Positions 48,601 through 62,040 are shown, counted from the first letter of the whole stretch. The stretch: DNA of 62,752 bases, filler included, from Nemertoderma westbladi (GCA_032718475.1; 3 parts of 3 records of this genome joined end to end with filler, not necessarily neighbours in it), one strand, 5' to 3'. Translations and numbers: made by a program. The notes: generated by a model from the letters alone, not told the origin.

Positions 48601-51600
48601 CTTACCTACTTGTTATGTACTTGTTCTGATGCCACACTTATCTACCTGTTCTGATGCCACACTTACCTACTTGTTCTGATGCCACACTTACCTACCTGTT
48701 CTGATGCCACACTTACATACTTGTTCTGATTCCACACTTACCTACTTGTTATGATGCCACACTTACCTACCTGTTCTGATGCCACACTTACCTACTTGTT
48801 CTGATGCCACACTTATCTACCTGTTCTGATGCCACACTTACCTACTTGTTCTGATGCCACACTTACCTACCTGTTCTGATGCCACACTTACATACTTGTT
48901 CTGATTCCACACTTACCTACTTGTTAGGATGCCACACTTACCTACCTGTTCTGATGCCACACTTACCTACCTGTTCTGATGCCACACTTACCTACGTGTT
49001 CTGATGCCACACTTACCTACTTGTTATGATGCCACACTTAGCTAACTGTTCTGATGCCACACTTACCTACTTGTTCTGATGCCACACTTACCTACGTGTT
49101 CTGATGCCACACTTACCTACGTGTTCTGATGCCACACTTACCTACTTGTTATGATGCCACACTTAGCTACCTGTTCTGATGCCACACTTACCTACTTGTT
49201 CTGATGCCACACTTACCTACCTGTTCTGATGCCACACTTACATACTTGTTCTGATTCCACACTTACCTACTTGTTATGATGCCACACTTACCTACCTGTT
49301 CTGATGCCACACTTACCTACTTGTTCTGATGCCACACTTATCTACCTGTTCTGATGCCACACTTACATACTTGTTCTGATTCCACACTTACCTACTTGTT
49401 ATGATGCCACACTTACCTACCTGTTCTGATGCCACACTTACCTACTTGTTCTGATGCCACACTTACCTACCTGTTCTGATGCCACACTTACCTACGTGTT
49501 CTGATGCCACACTTACCTACTTGCTATGATGCCACACTTACCTACTTGTTCTGATGCCACACTTACCTACTTGTTCTGATGCCACACTTACCTAACTGTT
49601 CTGATGCCACACTTACCTACCTTGCTACCTCAACTCTGATGCCACACTTACCTACCTTGCTACCTCAACTCTGATGCCACACTTACCTACCTGTTCTGAT
49701 GCCACACTTACCTACTTGTTATGATGACACACTTACCTACCTGTTCTGATGCCACACTTACCTACGTGTTCTGATGCCACACTTACCTACTTGTTATGAT
49801 GCCACACTTAGCTACCTGTTCTGATGCCACACTTACCTACTTGTTCTGATGCCACACTTACCTACGTGTTCTGATGCCACACTTACCTAACTGTTCTGAT
49901 GCCACACTTACCTACTTGTTCTGATGCCACACTTACCTACCTGTTCTGATGCCACACTTACCTACTTGTTCTGATGCCACACTTACCTACTTGTTCTGAT
50001 GCCACACTTACCTACCTGTTCTGATGCCACACTTACCTACTTGTTCTGATGCCACACTTACCTTCTTGTTCTGATGCCACACTCACCTTATTGTTCTGAT
50101 GCCACACTTACCTAACTGTTTTGATGCCACACTTACCTACCTGTTCTGATACCACTCTTACCTACCTATTCTGATGCCACACTTATCTACCTTGCTACCT
50201 CAACTCTGATGCCACACTTACCTACCTTGCTACCTCAACTCTGATGCCACACTTACCTACTTGTTCTGATGCCACACTTACCTACCTGTTCTGATGCCAC
50301 ACTTACCTACTTGTTCTGATGCCACACTTACATTCTTGTTCTGATGCCACACTTATCTTCTTGTTCTGATGCCACACTTACCAACCTGTTCTGATACCAC
50401 TCTTACCTACCTATTCTGATGCCACACTTATCTACCTTGCTACCTCAACTCTGATGCCACACTTACCTACTTGTTCTGATGCCACACCTACCTACTTGTT
50501 CTGATGCCACACTTACCTACCTGTTCTGATGCCACACTTACATACTTGTTCTGATGCCACACTTACATTCTTGTTCTGATGCCACACTTACCTTCTTGTT
50601 CTGATGCCACACTTACCTTATTGTTCTGATGCCACACTTACCTAACTGTTTTGATGCCACACTTACCTACTTGTTCTGATGCCACACTTACCTACTTGTT
50701 CTGATGCCACACTTACCTACCTGTTCTGATGCCACACTTACATACTTGTTCTGATTCCACACTTACCTACTTGTTATGATGCCACACTTACCTACCTGTT
50801 CTGATGCCAAACTTACCTACTTGTTCTGATGCCACACTTATCTACCTGTTCTGATGCCACACTTACCTACTTGTTCTGATGCCACACTTACCTACCTGTT
50901 CTGATGCCACACTTACATACTTGTTCTGATTCCACACTTACCTACTTGTTATGATGCCACACTTACCTACCTGTTCTGATGCCACACTTACCTACTTGTT
51001 CTGATGCCGCACTTACCTACCTGTTCTGATGCCACACTTACCTACGTGTTCTGATGCCACACTTACCTACTTGTTATGATGCCACACTTACCTACCTGTT
51101 CTGATGCCACACTTACCTACTTGTTCTGATGCCACACTTATCTACCTGTTCTGATGCCACACTTACCTACTTGTTCTGATGCCACACTTACCTACCTGTT
51201 CTGATGCCACACTTACATACTTGTTCTGATTCCACACTTACCTACTTGTTATGATGCCACACTTACCTACCTGTTCTGATGCCACACTTACCTACTTGTT
51301 CTGATGCCACACTTATCTACCTGTTCTGATGCCACACTTACCTACTTGTTCTGATGCCACACTTACCTACCTGTTCTGATGCCACACTTACATACTTGTT
51401 CTGATTCCACACTTACCTACTTGTTATGATGCCACACTTACCTACCTGTTCTGATGCCACACTTACCTACTTGTTCTGATGCCACACTTACCTACTTGTT
51501 CTGATGCCACACTTACATACCTGTTCTGATGCCACACTTACATACTTGTTCTGATTCCACACTTACCTACTTGTTATGATGCCACACTTACCTACCTGTT

Positions 51601-52617
51601 CTGATGCCACACTTACCTACTTGTTCTGATGCCACACTTATCTACCTGTTCTGATGCCACACTTACCTACTTGTTCTGATGCCACACTTACCTACCTGTT
51701 CTGATGCCACACTTACATACTTGTTCTGATTCCACACTTACCTACTTGTTATGTACTTGTTCTGATGCCACACTTATCTACCTGTTCTGATGCCACACTT
51801 ACCTACTTGTTCTGATGCCACACTTACCTACCTGTTCTGATGCCACACTTACATACTTGTTCTGATTCCACACTTACCTACTTGTTATGATGCCACACTT
51901 ACCTACCTGTTCTGATGCCACACTTACCTACTTGTTCTGATGCCACACTTATCTACCTGTTCTGATGCCACACTTACCTACTTGTTCTGATGCCACACTT
52001 ACCTACCTGTTCTGATGCCACACTTACATACTTGTTCTGATTCCACACTTACCTACTTGTTAGGATGCCACACTTACCTACCTGTTCTGATGCCACACTT
52101 ACCTACCTGTTCTGATGCCACACTTACCTACGTGTTCTGATGCCACACTTACCTACTTGTTATGATGCCACACTTAGCTAACTGTTCTGATGCCACACTT
52201 ACCTACTTGTTCTGATGCCACACTTACCTACGTGTTCTGATGCCACACTTACCTACGTGTTCTGATGCCACACTTACCTACTTGTTATGATGCCACACTT
52301 AGCTACCTGTTCTGATGCCACACTTACCTACTTGTTCTGATGCCACACTTACCTACCTGTTCTGATGCCACACTTACATACTTGTTCTGATTCCACACTT
52401 ACCTACTTGTTATGATGCCACACTTACCTACCTGTTCTGATGCCACACTTACCTACTTGTTCTGATGCCACACTTATCTACCTGTTCTGATGCCACACTT
52501 ACATACTTGTTCTGATTCCACACTTACCTACTTGTTATGATGCCACACTTACCTACCTGTTCTGATGCCACACTTACCTACTTGTTCTGATGCCACACTT
52601 ACCTACCTGTTCTGATG
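39635..52617. repeat. 25-bp satellite, ~13 kb (~500 units), ending at an assembly gap
   Basis: Consensus TGATGCCACACTTACCTACYTGTTC, with interspersed 35-bp variants (...CTACCTTGCTACCTCAACTC). Confidence 0.98.
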
Positions 52618-52717
52618 NNNNNNNNNNNNNNNNNNNNNNNNNNNNNNNNNNNNNNNNNNNNTTAATTAATTAANNNNNNNNNNNNNNNNNNNNNNNNNNN
52701 NNNNNNNNNNNNNNNNN
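52618..52717. other. Assembly gap with artificial TTAATTAATTAA spacer
   Basis: Same 100-bp structure as 30736-30835. Confidence 0.98.
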
Positions 52718-52754
52718 GAGACTACGCTCTCTACAATATCAAAAAATTGCAAAA

Positions 52755-53040
52755 TGGCAAGCTAGTTAGTTTTTGTTTCTTGTTTTTTAAATGTTCTAGA
52801 ACATTATCAATCCATTTCATATAAAAATGTTGTTCTAGAACAAATATTTTTTGTTCTAGAACAAAAAATACAAAGCACTAGCTAATTTGTTATTTTTTTA
52901 TTGTATGTTATCTTTGTATAAATTTTTTATACTAGCTATTTTTTGTTTCTTTTTTTAATGTTCTAGAACATATTATCTATACATTTAATATTAAAATTTT
53001 GTTCTAGAACAAATATTTTTTGTTCTAGAACAAATATTTT
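52755..53040. repeat. TGTTCTAGAACA-rich direct duplication (~165 bp x2)
   Basis: The palindrome TGTTCTAGAACA occurs six times in two parallel blocks. Confidence 0.6.
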
Positions 53041-54172
53041 AAGATCATTTTATTATATCAAAATATGGCTATAATGGCACGGTAAAGTGTAAGAGTCCCA
53101 CAGTAGCTGTATTATCTACGATGAGCGCTGTTAGATAAGCTGATTATAGTGTCAGGTGTTGTTGCTGTGTTGCTAAGCAACATTCCCATCTCACTATTGT
53201 ATCGAACAGCTGTAGTCGAAATCTCAGGTTTTGGGGGGAGGTGAGATAGGTCCTACTATTTAGAGTATTGTACAATATTGTGACTCCGCCACAATATTCG
53301 ATAGTATCCGCTAGTATCGGTACAAACTTGACACTTTACATCAAGTGCGCAGCTAAGACAGTATGCACTGCGTAAGGCACTATATTGAGTTGTACTGCTG
53401 TAGCAGTGCCGTAATTCAGCATTTTCAAATTTATGTTGCTAGGGCAGACTGGTCTGGTAGGCCTACTACAATATCAAATTATATTATTTTTTTACTTATT
53501 AACTGCTGCAGTTGCCTATAAAACACACCAGTTTGTGTTCCAACGTCATAGGAATGACTAAATGTCAGTATAATACCCATGGACTACCATGTAGTCCATG
53601 GAACAGTCTCTGCTTGTACTACCATGTAGTCCATGGTCGGGAAAGGGTTAAGGGTGGGGTATACCCCCCTCAGGTAAATTTTTCAAATTGTTGTTTCTTT
53701 ATTTCACCTAAAGCATAATGTAATGAGGATTACAAATCTGAAAACCTCTAAGTGAGACCTCTTTCAGTTCTCGAGTTATCGCTGTTTTTCCGTATGACGG
53801 TCTGTCCGTAAAATTGTAAGAAATACAGAAGACCGACAGACAGACAGATAGACTAGATTCCACCAAAAATTAAAACTGACATCGGAAATGAAATCAGCGA
53901 CCCCGAAAACCCCAGTAAAAAACATTTTAGCTCGTTGGTGTGCATCCTTCGTGCCAGAAATAATTAACCAACCAGAACAAAGACAGCCAATTTTGGCGGG
54001 ACGGTTTAAACTTTGAAGGGCATTTTCTCGGAAGAACATTTTTCATTTTCAAATTACTACTCCTCCGTCATTTTCACATGTCCCTTTAGGGGCTCCGTAA
54101 TGTTCCCTCTACCGGTACATCAAAATTTAACTGGAGCAAATCGCATTCCAGTTTGCAGATTGTGGAGACAGG

Positions 54173-54395
54173 GGGAACTGGACGCAAAACCCGCCTTTAG
54201 CGAATTAATATCCCGCTTCAATTCAATGTTAAATTCTCAATTTAGGGAAAGGAGCAAGTTACAGCTGTACAGTGGCACGTTATTTTAACCAAAACAATAA
54301 ACTAAACACAATAGAACAGGATACAGTTTTATTATTGAGAGTAATCAGCTGTTATTTGCGTCGAATTTTCCCTGGAGAGGGATGAACTTTTATTG
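54173..54395 (+). repeat. Interspersed repeat family A, copy 2
   Basis: Similar to 62555-62752 and, inverted, to 35636-35830. Confidence 0.8.
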
Positions 54396-55327
54396 AGCAC
54401 AGCCCCCCCCCCCCCCCCCCCCCCCCCTCTATCTGGCAGATTGCTATCTGCATACCACAGGCTGACGGGACTGACAGACAACGGGACAAGTATAAACAAG
54501 ATGTAAAAAAATGACGCAAATCCAGTCTAGTGGATGTTAGTAAATCGTAAATGTATTGCTGAAAGACGGGACAGACAGCAGGAATATACAGCGACTAGAC
54601 TAAACAGATAGTACTGTAGGCCTACTGTTGAGTGTATATGACACAGACTGTACTGTATTATATCAAGGGGGCCATCCAGGGTCAAACAGGGGTGTACCAT
54701 GGTCTACTATATTTATAATACAGTATATATTAAATAAATAACTATATTAACTATATATAAATATAATATTCAATAATAATTTTGTCAAAAATTAATGAAA
54801 GTCATCGAAAGTTTTCATGCTTGCTAAATATATAACAATTAAATCAACCTTTTAGCTATTTTATTCATTTCTGTAAGTAAGAACCTATTTTTGAAATGGG
54901 CTTTATTCAATTGTAAAATATCGTGCTGCTCGAAGTCTTGTCGAAAACAGACAAGCTACGATTTTGGTTAATTTGCAATTTAGCTTGCAGATTTTAAATC
55001 TCCAATAAATTTGGCAAATACCGGTAATACTGTAGGATTGAAATTTTATTGACAATTTCCAAAATATGATGATTTTGTATTTCGAGGAAAAAATGTAAAA
55101 CGGTTTTAATTTTGTGAATATTTTCCAACATATTTATTTTAATAATGTAGAATACATGGCTATGGAGACTTACTAAATTTACTAAAAATACAATGCAATC
55201 AATTAATTTACATATTTACAATAGTTTTGCCGCTAAGGATTATTGGTCTTGTCAATCTCATAGACTGAGTACTTGAAGAGTTTACAATATATACTGTAGG
55301 TCAGTAATTACCTATTGCAATTAACTC

Positions 55328-56893
55328 CTAATTCGTGTTTGGAAGGGTTTGGGGTAGGTAATTTCTCTCGACATACTTCTGCAGGTTCGGCTTTATATGT
55401 TTGGAAGTTAAACAGCAGGTGGAAAGGGCGCTCCTCGTGCATGACATGTTGTGACATGTGAACCATTCATCCGTGTCTGGGTTATAACATTCGACATCAC
55501 TAATGGTTGCACGAGAATCAAAGCCACCGCACACGAGGACAATGTTTGCGCAGATTGATAATGAAAAATTTGATCTCGGTATAAACATTGACTGCACAAA
55601 TTGCCAAGGGCCACGGGAATTTGGGTTCCATCGTTCCATAGATGCGAGTCTAGCTGTTCCATTGAAACCTCCTACAGCATAAATAAATTCATTACACACA
55701 AAGCCGGAAACACCTGAGCGTTGAGCTAACATTGGTTGTCCAGTCACGCTCCACTTGATTCCATCATACGATTCGCAGGTATTGAGACAAGTTGAACCAT
55801 CAAAGCCACCAATAATGTATAACTTATCGTGGTGCACCACCGCCGCAGCATCACTCCTCCGTTCAACCATACTACAAGGGCACGAGATCCATTTATTACT
55901 TGTATCCACGTAATACTCAACTGATTTCAGCCTGTGGCTCCCTGTCTGGGGCATTTCATTATCCCCACTGAAACCACCCATCGCGAATATACTACCGCGA
56001 AATACCGCAGTTGCTACGTAACAACGTCTAGACCTCATCGACGCCACTTTACCCCATGTCAAATCGAACGGATTGAACTTCCAAACCGAATTATTGTAAA
56101 TGTTGAGTCCATCGAATCCCCCAATGATATAAACGCTACCATTCAGAACTTCAACACTGTGATAAGCTCTAACATCAGGGAGCTTCCAGTTTGGTTGTGA
56201 ATACCAATTATTGGTAACAGGATCCCAAACTTCCCAGCTATCAATGGGCTGATTAATTGACCATCCGCCAAATGCCAAGGTGATCTCTGATGGAAGCCTA
56301 GCCGAGGACAATAATTCTCGGTTCATAACCTTTGCAAACTTCTGCATAACGAAATATTGTAACACGACTGGGTTGGAATAAATTTCCTCCCTCCCCATCA
56401 CGTTGTCCATAAAGGCATTGCTGGTATTTGCCCATCTTATTAACTCCATCAAGGCAAGCATGTGAATTGTTCTCTCATTGGGAGCAAACTTCAACCAAGC
56501 CAACGCGAGTTCACAGCAGTAGGCTTCAGCCAATTTCGCTTCAACTACTAAATCATGGCGCCGCAGAATTTCTATGACATCATCAATATTTAGGATTTCC
56601 CGAAATTCCCTATTGCATTCAAATTTGGCTATTTGACCAAAATTGTCAGCTATGTACTGCAACATATCCTCTTCCAATCCCAGAACTTGGAAGTTTTTAA
56701 GACTCACCCAGTAACCGATGGCTGTACTGGGCTGCACGAATCGAAGCAGCCACTTTCGGCATTCCTCAAGGACAGCGTCAAACAAGTATTCGTTGGCGAA
56801 GCAGATAATCTGCAGAAAATTACCTGGACCAATAGCTAGTTTGTTACCTTTGATGTAGTTGGTAACCGTTTCTAATGTTTCACTCGAAACATC
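55328..56893 (-). CDS. Kelch-like BTB-BACK-Kelch protein (KLHL10-like), terminal exon of 522 codons
   Basis: Acceptor TTATTTCTTTAG| before 56893 extends the ORF by DVSSETLETVTNYIKGNKLAIGPGNFLQIICFANEY (BTB C-half). Then a BACK domain and six Kelch repeats (FGGWS, IIGGFDG, AMGGF, IIGGFDG, AVGGFNG, VCGGFD; RCYV and RSDA motifs as in KLHL10). Confidence 0.88.
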   Translation of the reverse strand, partial: DVSSETLETVTNYIKGNKLAIGPGNFLQIICFANEYLFDAVLEECRKWLLRFVQPSTAIGYWVSLKNFQVLGLEEDMLQYIADNFGQIAKFECNREFREILNIDDVIEILRRHDLVVEAKLAEAYCCELALAWLKFAPNERTIHMLALMELIRWANTSNAFMDNVMGREEIYSNPVVLQYFVMQKFAKVMNRELLSSARLPSEITLAFGGWSINQPIDSWEVWDPVTNNWYSQPNWKLPDVRAYHSVEVLNGSVYIIGGFDGLNIYNNSVWKFNPFDLTWGKVASMRSRRCYVATAVFRGSIFAMGGFSGDNEMPQTGSHRLKSVEYYVDTSNKWISCPCSMVERRSDAAAVVHHDKLYIIGGFDGSTCLNTCESYDGIKWSVTGQPMLAQRSGVSGFVCNEFIYAVGGFNGTARLASMERWNPNSRGPWQFVQSMFIPRSNFSLSICANIVLVCGGFDSRATISDVECYNPDTDEWFTCHNMSCTRSALSTCCLTSKHIKPNLQKYVERNYLPQTLPNTN

Positions 56894-58448
56894 CTAAAGA
56901 AATAATAAATGATTTACTATGGTTTTGCATAAAAAATAATGTTATCCTTCCGATTTTAAGTGGGATTTTAAATTGGGTGCGTTTTCATTCTGTACACCAT
57001 TTCCTGCATTATAGAGTGGAAATTCATTTACATCCCCCACCCCCCCCCAAAAAAAAAAAAAAGAAAAAGGAAAAAGAGGAAAAAAATCTTAATGAGAATG
57101 CATGAAATTTAGAACAGATAGTCCCCTATATTTTCACCTAACTCTCCCTTCTTGGGTTAGCCAGAAGTTTTATTTTCCTTACTTTATTTTCCTCTACTTT
57201 CATTTTTTTACAACAAGCGTTTAATAAAGTATCTCAGCCGATATTTTTCAACCTTATAGTGTTTTGCTGGTCATGCAAGGATTCCAAATATTTAAACGTT
57301 TGAATTTGGTTTGGAAATAACTGAACGTTGCAGAATGACATAATGTTGTATTACAGTTTGTGCTTCAACTGCAGCACGCTATTTGTTATATTTAATAAAT
57401 AAATGCCGTATTTATGCTTTTTTTGTTTATGTAAAAATAGCTGCGTAATATTATTATTATAACCGTATTGCATTGATGCCCAGCTACTTATATGAAATAA
57501 ACAAAATGTTTCAGAGTGTGCTATCGGAACACAATTAATATTAAATATAAATGAATAAATATTAATATATATTATATTAAATATAATAAATGGCCTGCAT
57601 CGGGGGCAAATTATATTCATTTTTTTATTCAACATTGGAATGGAATGCCTATACTCTCAGCATAATATTTACCAACCAAATTCTGTATTATTGGAATCCT
57701 TTTACCATGCCAGCTTTCCATTGGTTCCTAGAAATTAATTACTGTAATTAAGGCTGAGGAATAAATGTAGGGCCTAGTATGGCTGGTGAAATATTAATGG
57801 ACACACTTTTTCAAGCGCCTGAGGTTAATGAATGAAAGCGAACATAAAAAATTCTGGCTTATCCAGGAAGCAGTCGAGGGAGGTAATAACTATTTATATC
57901 ATTGTGTGCAAAGTAGCACTTTGCATGACCCGAGTTTATTTATGTACCTTGCGAGCGCAGCGAGGGAGGTTGACATAATGAACAAGGGTCTTTAACACTG
58001 AAAAGTTACCTTTGGACACAATGATGTATGTAATTTTGTTACATTATGTCAACTTTTCAGCTTTCGGTCTGTGAAGAAAGGATTTTATGGATACTCTTTT
58101 AAACATTTTCTTGTTCTATTTCGAATATATAAGTGAAATTTATTAACAGGTAAACAGTATTAATTATACATTTAAATCTAATTAAAGTTTATTGTTGTTA
58201 TCTCCTGCATGGATGTGATAATATTTGACCCATCTTGGCCTTGGTTGACTGAAGCAAACTGAGTCATCTTCTGTATCCGTTCAGTTTTACTGAACTTTTC
58301 TTTGCTAATTTTCTCTAAAATGTATTCTATTGGACGTTTCGACATAATGGATTACATTACACGTTAAACAATTAATTATTTACATGCTGTAAGTCACGTC
58401 ACTGCAAACTGGATAATAAAGCTGGCACGGAATAATATAAATGGAAAT

Positions 58449-58691
58449 GAATGGGAGAATCTTTTAGGCTCGTTAAGCCAAGGAATGCCTGTTCACCACC
58501 ATGGGTGATCTTTCCCAAGTTGCCTTGGTTCCCATTTATCGACCACTGAAGGATGAAAGCCGGGGTTGGGCTAGGCTGCCACATTTAAAGCACTGTGCCC
58601 AAACAGTGCTGCCCCATCTAGGGATCGAACCCGGGCTCCCTAATCGGAAGCACAGTAATGTCACCACTAGACCATGCTGCTATAATGGTAT
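58449..58691 (-). mobile_element. tRNA-derived SINE with 13-bp TSD
   Basis: A-box TGGTCTAGTGG, B-box GGTTCGATCC, central CTTTCATCCTTCAGTGGTCGATAAATGGGAACC segment. TSD TATAAATGGAAAT (58436-58448, 58692-58704). Confidence 0.8.
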
Positions 58692-60549
58692 TATAAATGG
58701 AAATAATACATTCTAGAATACGGTAATTGAAGTTGTTTCCAGGTAATTGATTACTTTGCAGCGTTCTGTCCTATAGGCCTCAACGCTGCAAAGTTGTACA
58801 GTACTTTGCAGCGTTACGAGTAATTCATCAGAACGCTCTTAAGTTGACATAATGTAACAAAACTGTTTCAAATTTCATGCTATTTCATAAAATTTGCAGA
58901 AACATTTTTGTTGAGTGGGGGTATGTCACTGAATTACGTCACTGTATTCCACGTCGTGGAATAACTATGGCGAACTCATAACCAAGACACGGAAGGAGTA
59001 CTTGACGAAATTCCATATCATCGAATACATATCTCGTCTAAATGGTAAATTTTCAACTAAGACAAAGGAGCAGTTAACATCGACACGTTATTGTAACCAA
59101 AACAATAAACCAATCTCAATAGATCAGATTACAATTCTTGTTTTCGTCTGAAAGCATCACAAAATAATTGCAAATAAATACTGTGCAATGATCAAACTCG
59201 GCTAATCATAAATCATTCGTTGTTGTCCCCCTTATATTAAAACTACAAATCTCCACACAATAAAATCAAACACCTTCCAACTTTTGTTTATATTGTAAGG
59301 AGACTGCGCGAACGCAAGCTCCAGCTAACACAAATTTAGCACCCGAGTTTCCTCGATTTGAGAAAATCGCAGGGGTCAACCCAAGCGGAGTGCAATGCAA
59401 GGGCCTCATCCTGGGGGAACCGCATTCTTGATCGTGGTTAACCCCTGTGCCAGGTAAGTATGCAAGACACTGCGGAGCTCCCACTTATATACAGGGTTAC
59501 TATAACAAATTGTTGTAAGTTTGATAAAAAATATCTTATTATTATTTTAAAATAAGTATGTATAATATATCATATATATTACATTAAAGTACGGAATAAT
59601 TATATTTAACGAATGTTTGTAATATAAATTAATTTTCTAGTTGCGCTTTAATAAATGCGTATATTAAATTTCCTTATGTACATGTAGCAATTTAATATAG
59701 CCTGTATTGGGTGTAGTCTTGGCTTAGGGGCTAACGGGGTTCATACGAGGACAGTACATACTGGCTGCAACCTACCGCATGGAGATTGAGAAGTATGCTG
59801 CTTGAAGTATAGGAATAGTTGGAATAGTTTGTACCTTACCAATAATTAATTAATTGTTATCAATAATTAATTGACAAAAACGTAAATATGAAATTGACAA
59901 AGTTTATACGTAGCTGTAGCTGACGATTACCTAATGACGAACGTGTCTCTACGTACGGGGTGTCGAGATGGTATTTGTGTAATGCTAACAACCTAACGTT
60001 AAACTTTGGTGTCGGGATGGTGTTTGTGTAATGTAAAATGCTAACAATGTAAAAAGTGCTGTATTGCCGAACGGTTTATGAAAAATCTATCTTATCTTAT
60101 GCAGCAGTGGCACACACAACTCTTATATATTTGCCGCCTGCCGTGTTTGATGTAGGCACCTGAAATCATGAATATATTCCGCATCTTTTAGGTGGCCGGT
60201 TTTGGATTTCAACCAATGAGTTGATTGATCTGTGATGATGACGACATAATTGAAGAAAAAAATTGGGTAAGAAATTAAGGTATATTTAGCCGGGAATTTT
60301 GAATTGGGTTTAATCAATTACGGTACTGAATTAGTTACTGGAAGTAGTGCTGTAGTGCACATAGTGGCAGGCAGCTGGCATGGTACAGCCGTATAGCAAT
60401 ACCCAATAGACAGATAGGTCTGTCTGTCTTCCTGTCCTGTGCGCTCAATGTTTGGACGGCATACTTGCTATTGCTAATACGTACCGTGTAGGTGTACGTT
60501 GCATAGCAGTAGCACTGACTGACTGGCAACATGAAACTGATATTTTATA

Positions 60550-61477
60550 GTCGAGCCAATCTAGCCAAAAAAGGGGGTCAACCCATAACAAATTCGCAAT
60601 TCGTCCAAACCAATTTTTTTTTATTCTACATTACCTTGTTAATACCCCCAAAAAAGTCTATAAAATATATTATGCGGATCACCTTCAATTTCCTGTTTCT
60701 TTCCTTAGCAACATGGATTTTACATAGCAACAAGGGGTCTATTGGTGGGATTTTCTCCAAATTTGGTACAGACAAACTTTACTCTAATGACTATCGATTG
60801 ACTGAACTATGCACTTATTCTACATAGTTACCAATTTAGTTTCCGGAGCAACGGAAATTTGTCTAATAATTTCACTCATTTTTACTACCTATTTTGTCGC
60901 GTTCAATACTGGGAAGCTTATTTACACAAAACTTATCTACTAAACAGGGGGTATGTAACCCAGCCCATCAGATTTATCGACCCCAAAAACCCTTATTGCC
61001 AAAAAATTACACCTAAATTCAATAGAGCAATCCCAATTTTATTATGTGAAAAATCTTGGCTAACATTAGCGGAAATTATTACATTTCCCTACAGTTACCT
61101 TAATATATCGATAATTTTTAGATATATTTAAAAATTTGAAGCTGCGACTTCTAGTTACCGAGATATAGCAATTAATGTGTAACACGCCAGTGTAAATATT
61201 TCCCATTTCCCATTGAATCTCAGCTTATTGTGAAATTAATTAAATTATTCTGGAACATCACCAATTTGCTACTTACTCTTCCCTACTGTTCCTCTTGTTT
61301 GGCTTATTGTGTTACGCAAATTTACTCAGAATTTCCATGAATAAACATAGGATCCGCAAAATAAAATTTTATAGAATTTTTTTCGGTCATTTATAAGGTA
61401 ATATAGAATCCAAAATATGTGGTTCGGATTGATTGCGAAATACTGTACTTATGGGTTTTTTGCTAGATTGACTCGAC
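60550..61477. mobile_element. MITE with ~24-bp TIRs flanked by TA
   Basis: TA-GTCGAGCCAATCTAGCCAAAAAA ... TTTTTTGCTAGATTGACTCGAC-TA. Confidence 0.75.
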
Positions 61478-61689
61478 TATTATATTCCGGTATAAAACTC
61501 ACTCAGTTGCTGGACGCTGGTTCGTTATAGTGGACCTGAAGGTGGCCATAAACTGCAATTCCGAACTCCGTATTAAATAATGTTAATTATCTGTAATGTG
61601 CATTTTTAGCGCACTTTTAGACATATACAGTACCGGTATTGTAGGCTCATTTAATGACACTTGTCAGGTAAAAGGGTCCCAAAATTAGT

Positions 61690-62040
61690 GTCCCTTTATT
61701 AGTGTTTTTTAATCCTTTTTTGGTATTGGTCAATGTTCTAGAAAATTCGTAGATATGTTTTTTATGGGAGCTAGTGTTTTTTTTTTACTAGCTAGCATTT
61801 TTTGAAAATTAAAAAATAATAATATAAACTGTTGGTTAACCTGTTGTAGTTTAAACTGTTGGTTAACCTGTTGTACTGTAGTTGTAGTAGTGTATATCAA
61901 TGTTTTCACATTTTTTTATAATTTCAATAAATACTAGCTAGTAAAAAAACACTAGATACCATAAAAAAACATATCTACTTATTTTCTAGAACATTCTCAC
62001 CAATTCCATAAAAGCATTAAAAAAACTCTAAAAAGGGAAT
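61690..62040. mobile_element. Foldback/MITE with ~120-bp imperfect inverted arms
   Basis: AATGTTCTAGAAAAT..GTAGATATGTTTTTTATGG..CTAGTGTTTTTTT..TACTAGCTAG is mirrored at 61930-61995. Confidence 0.7.

Noticed and set aside
39635-52617. CRISPR array or coding repeat
   Set aside because: No spacers. The 25-bp period cycles through frames and contains stops, so there are no ORFs.
58183-58345. 54-codon minus-strand ORF MSKRPIEYILEK... as the Kelch N-terminus
   Set aside because: No BTB similarity, no convincing donor, and it lies inside a repeat element.
61500-61592. Missing first coding exon of the Kelch gene (AG...GTGAGT bounded, minus strand)
   Set aside because: Stops occur in all frames near the acceptor and there is no BTB motif; at most a UTR exon.
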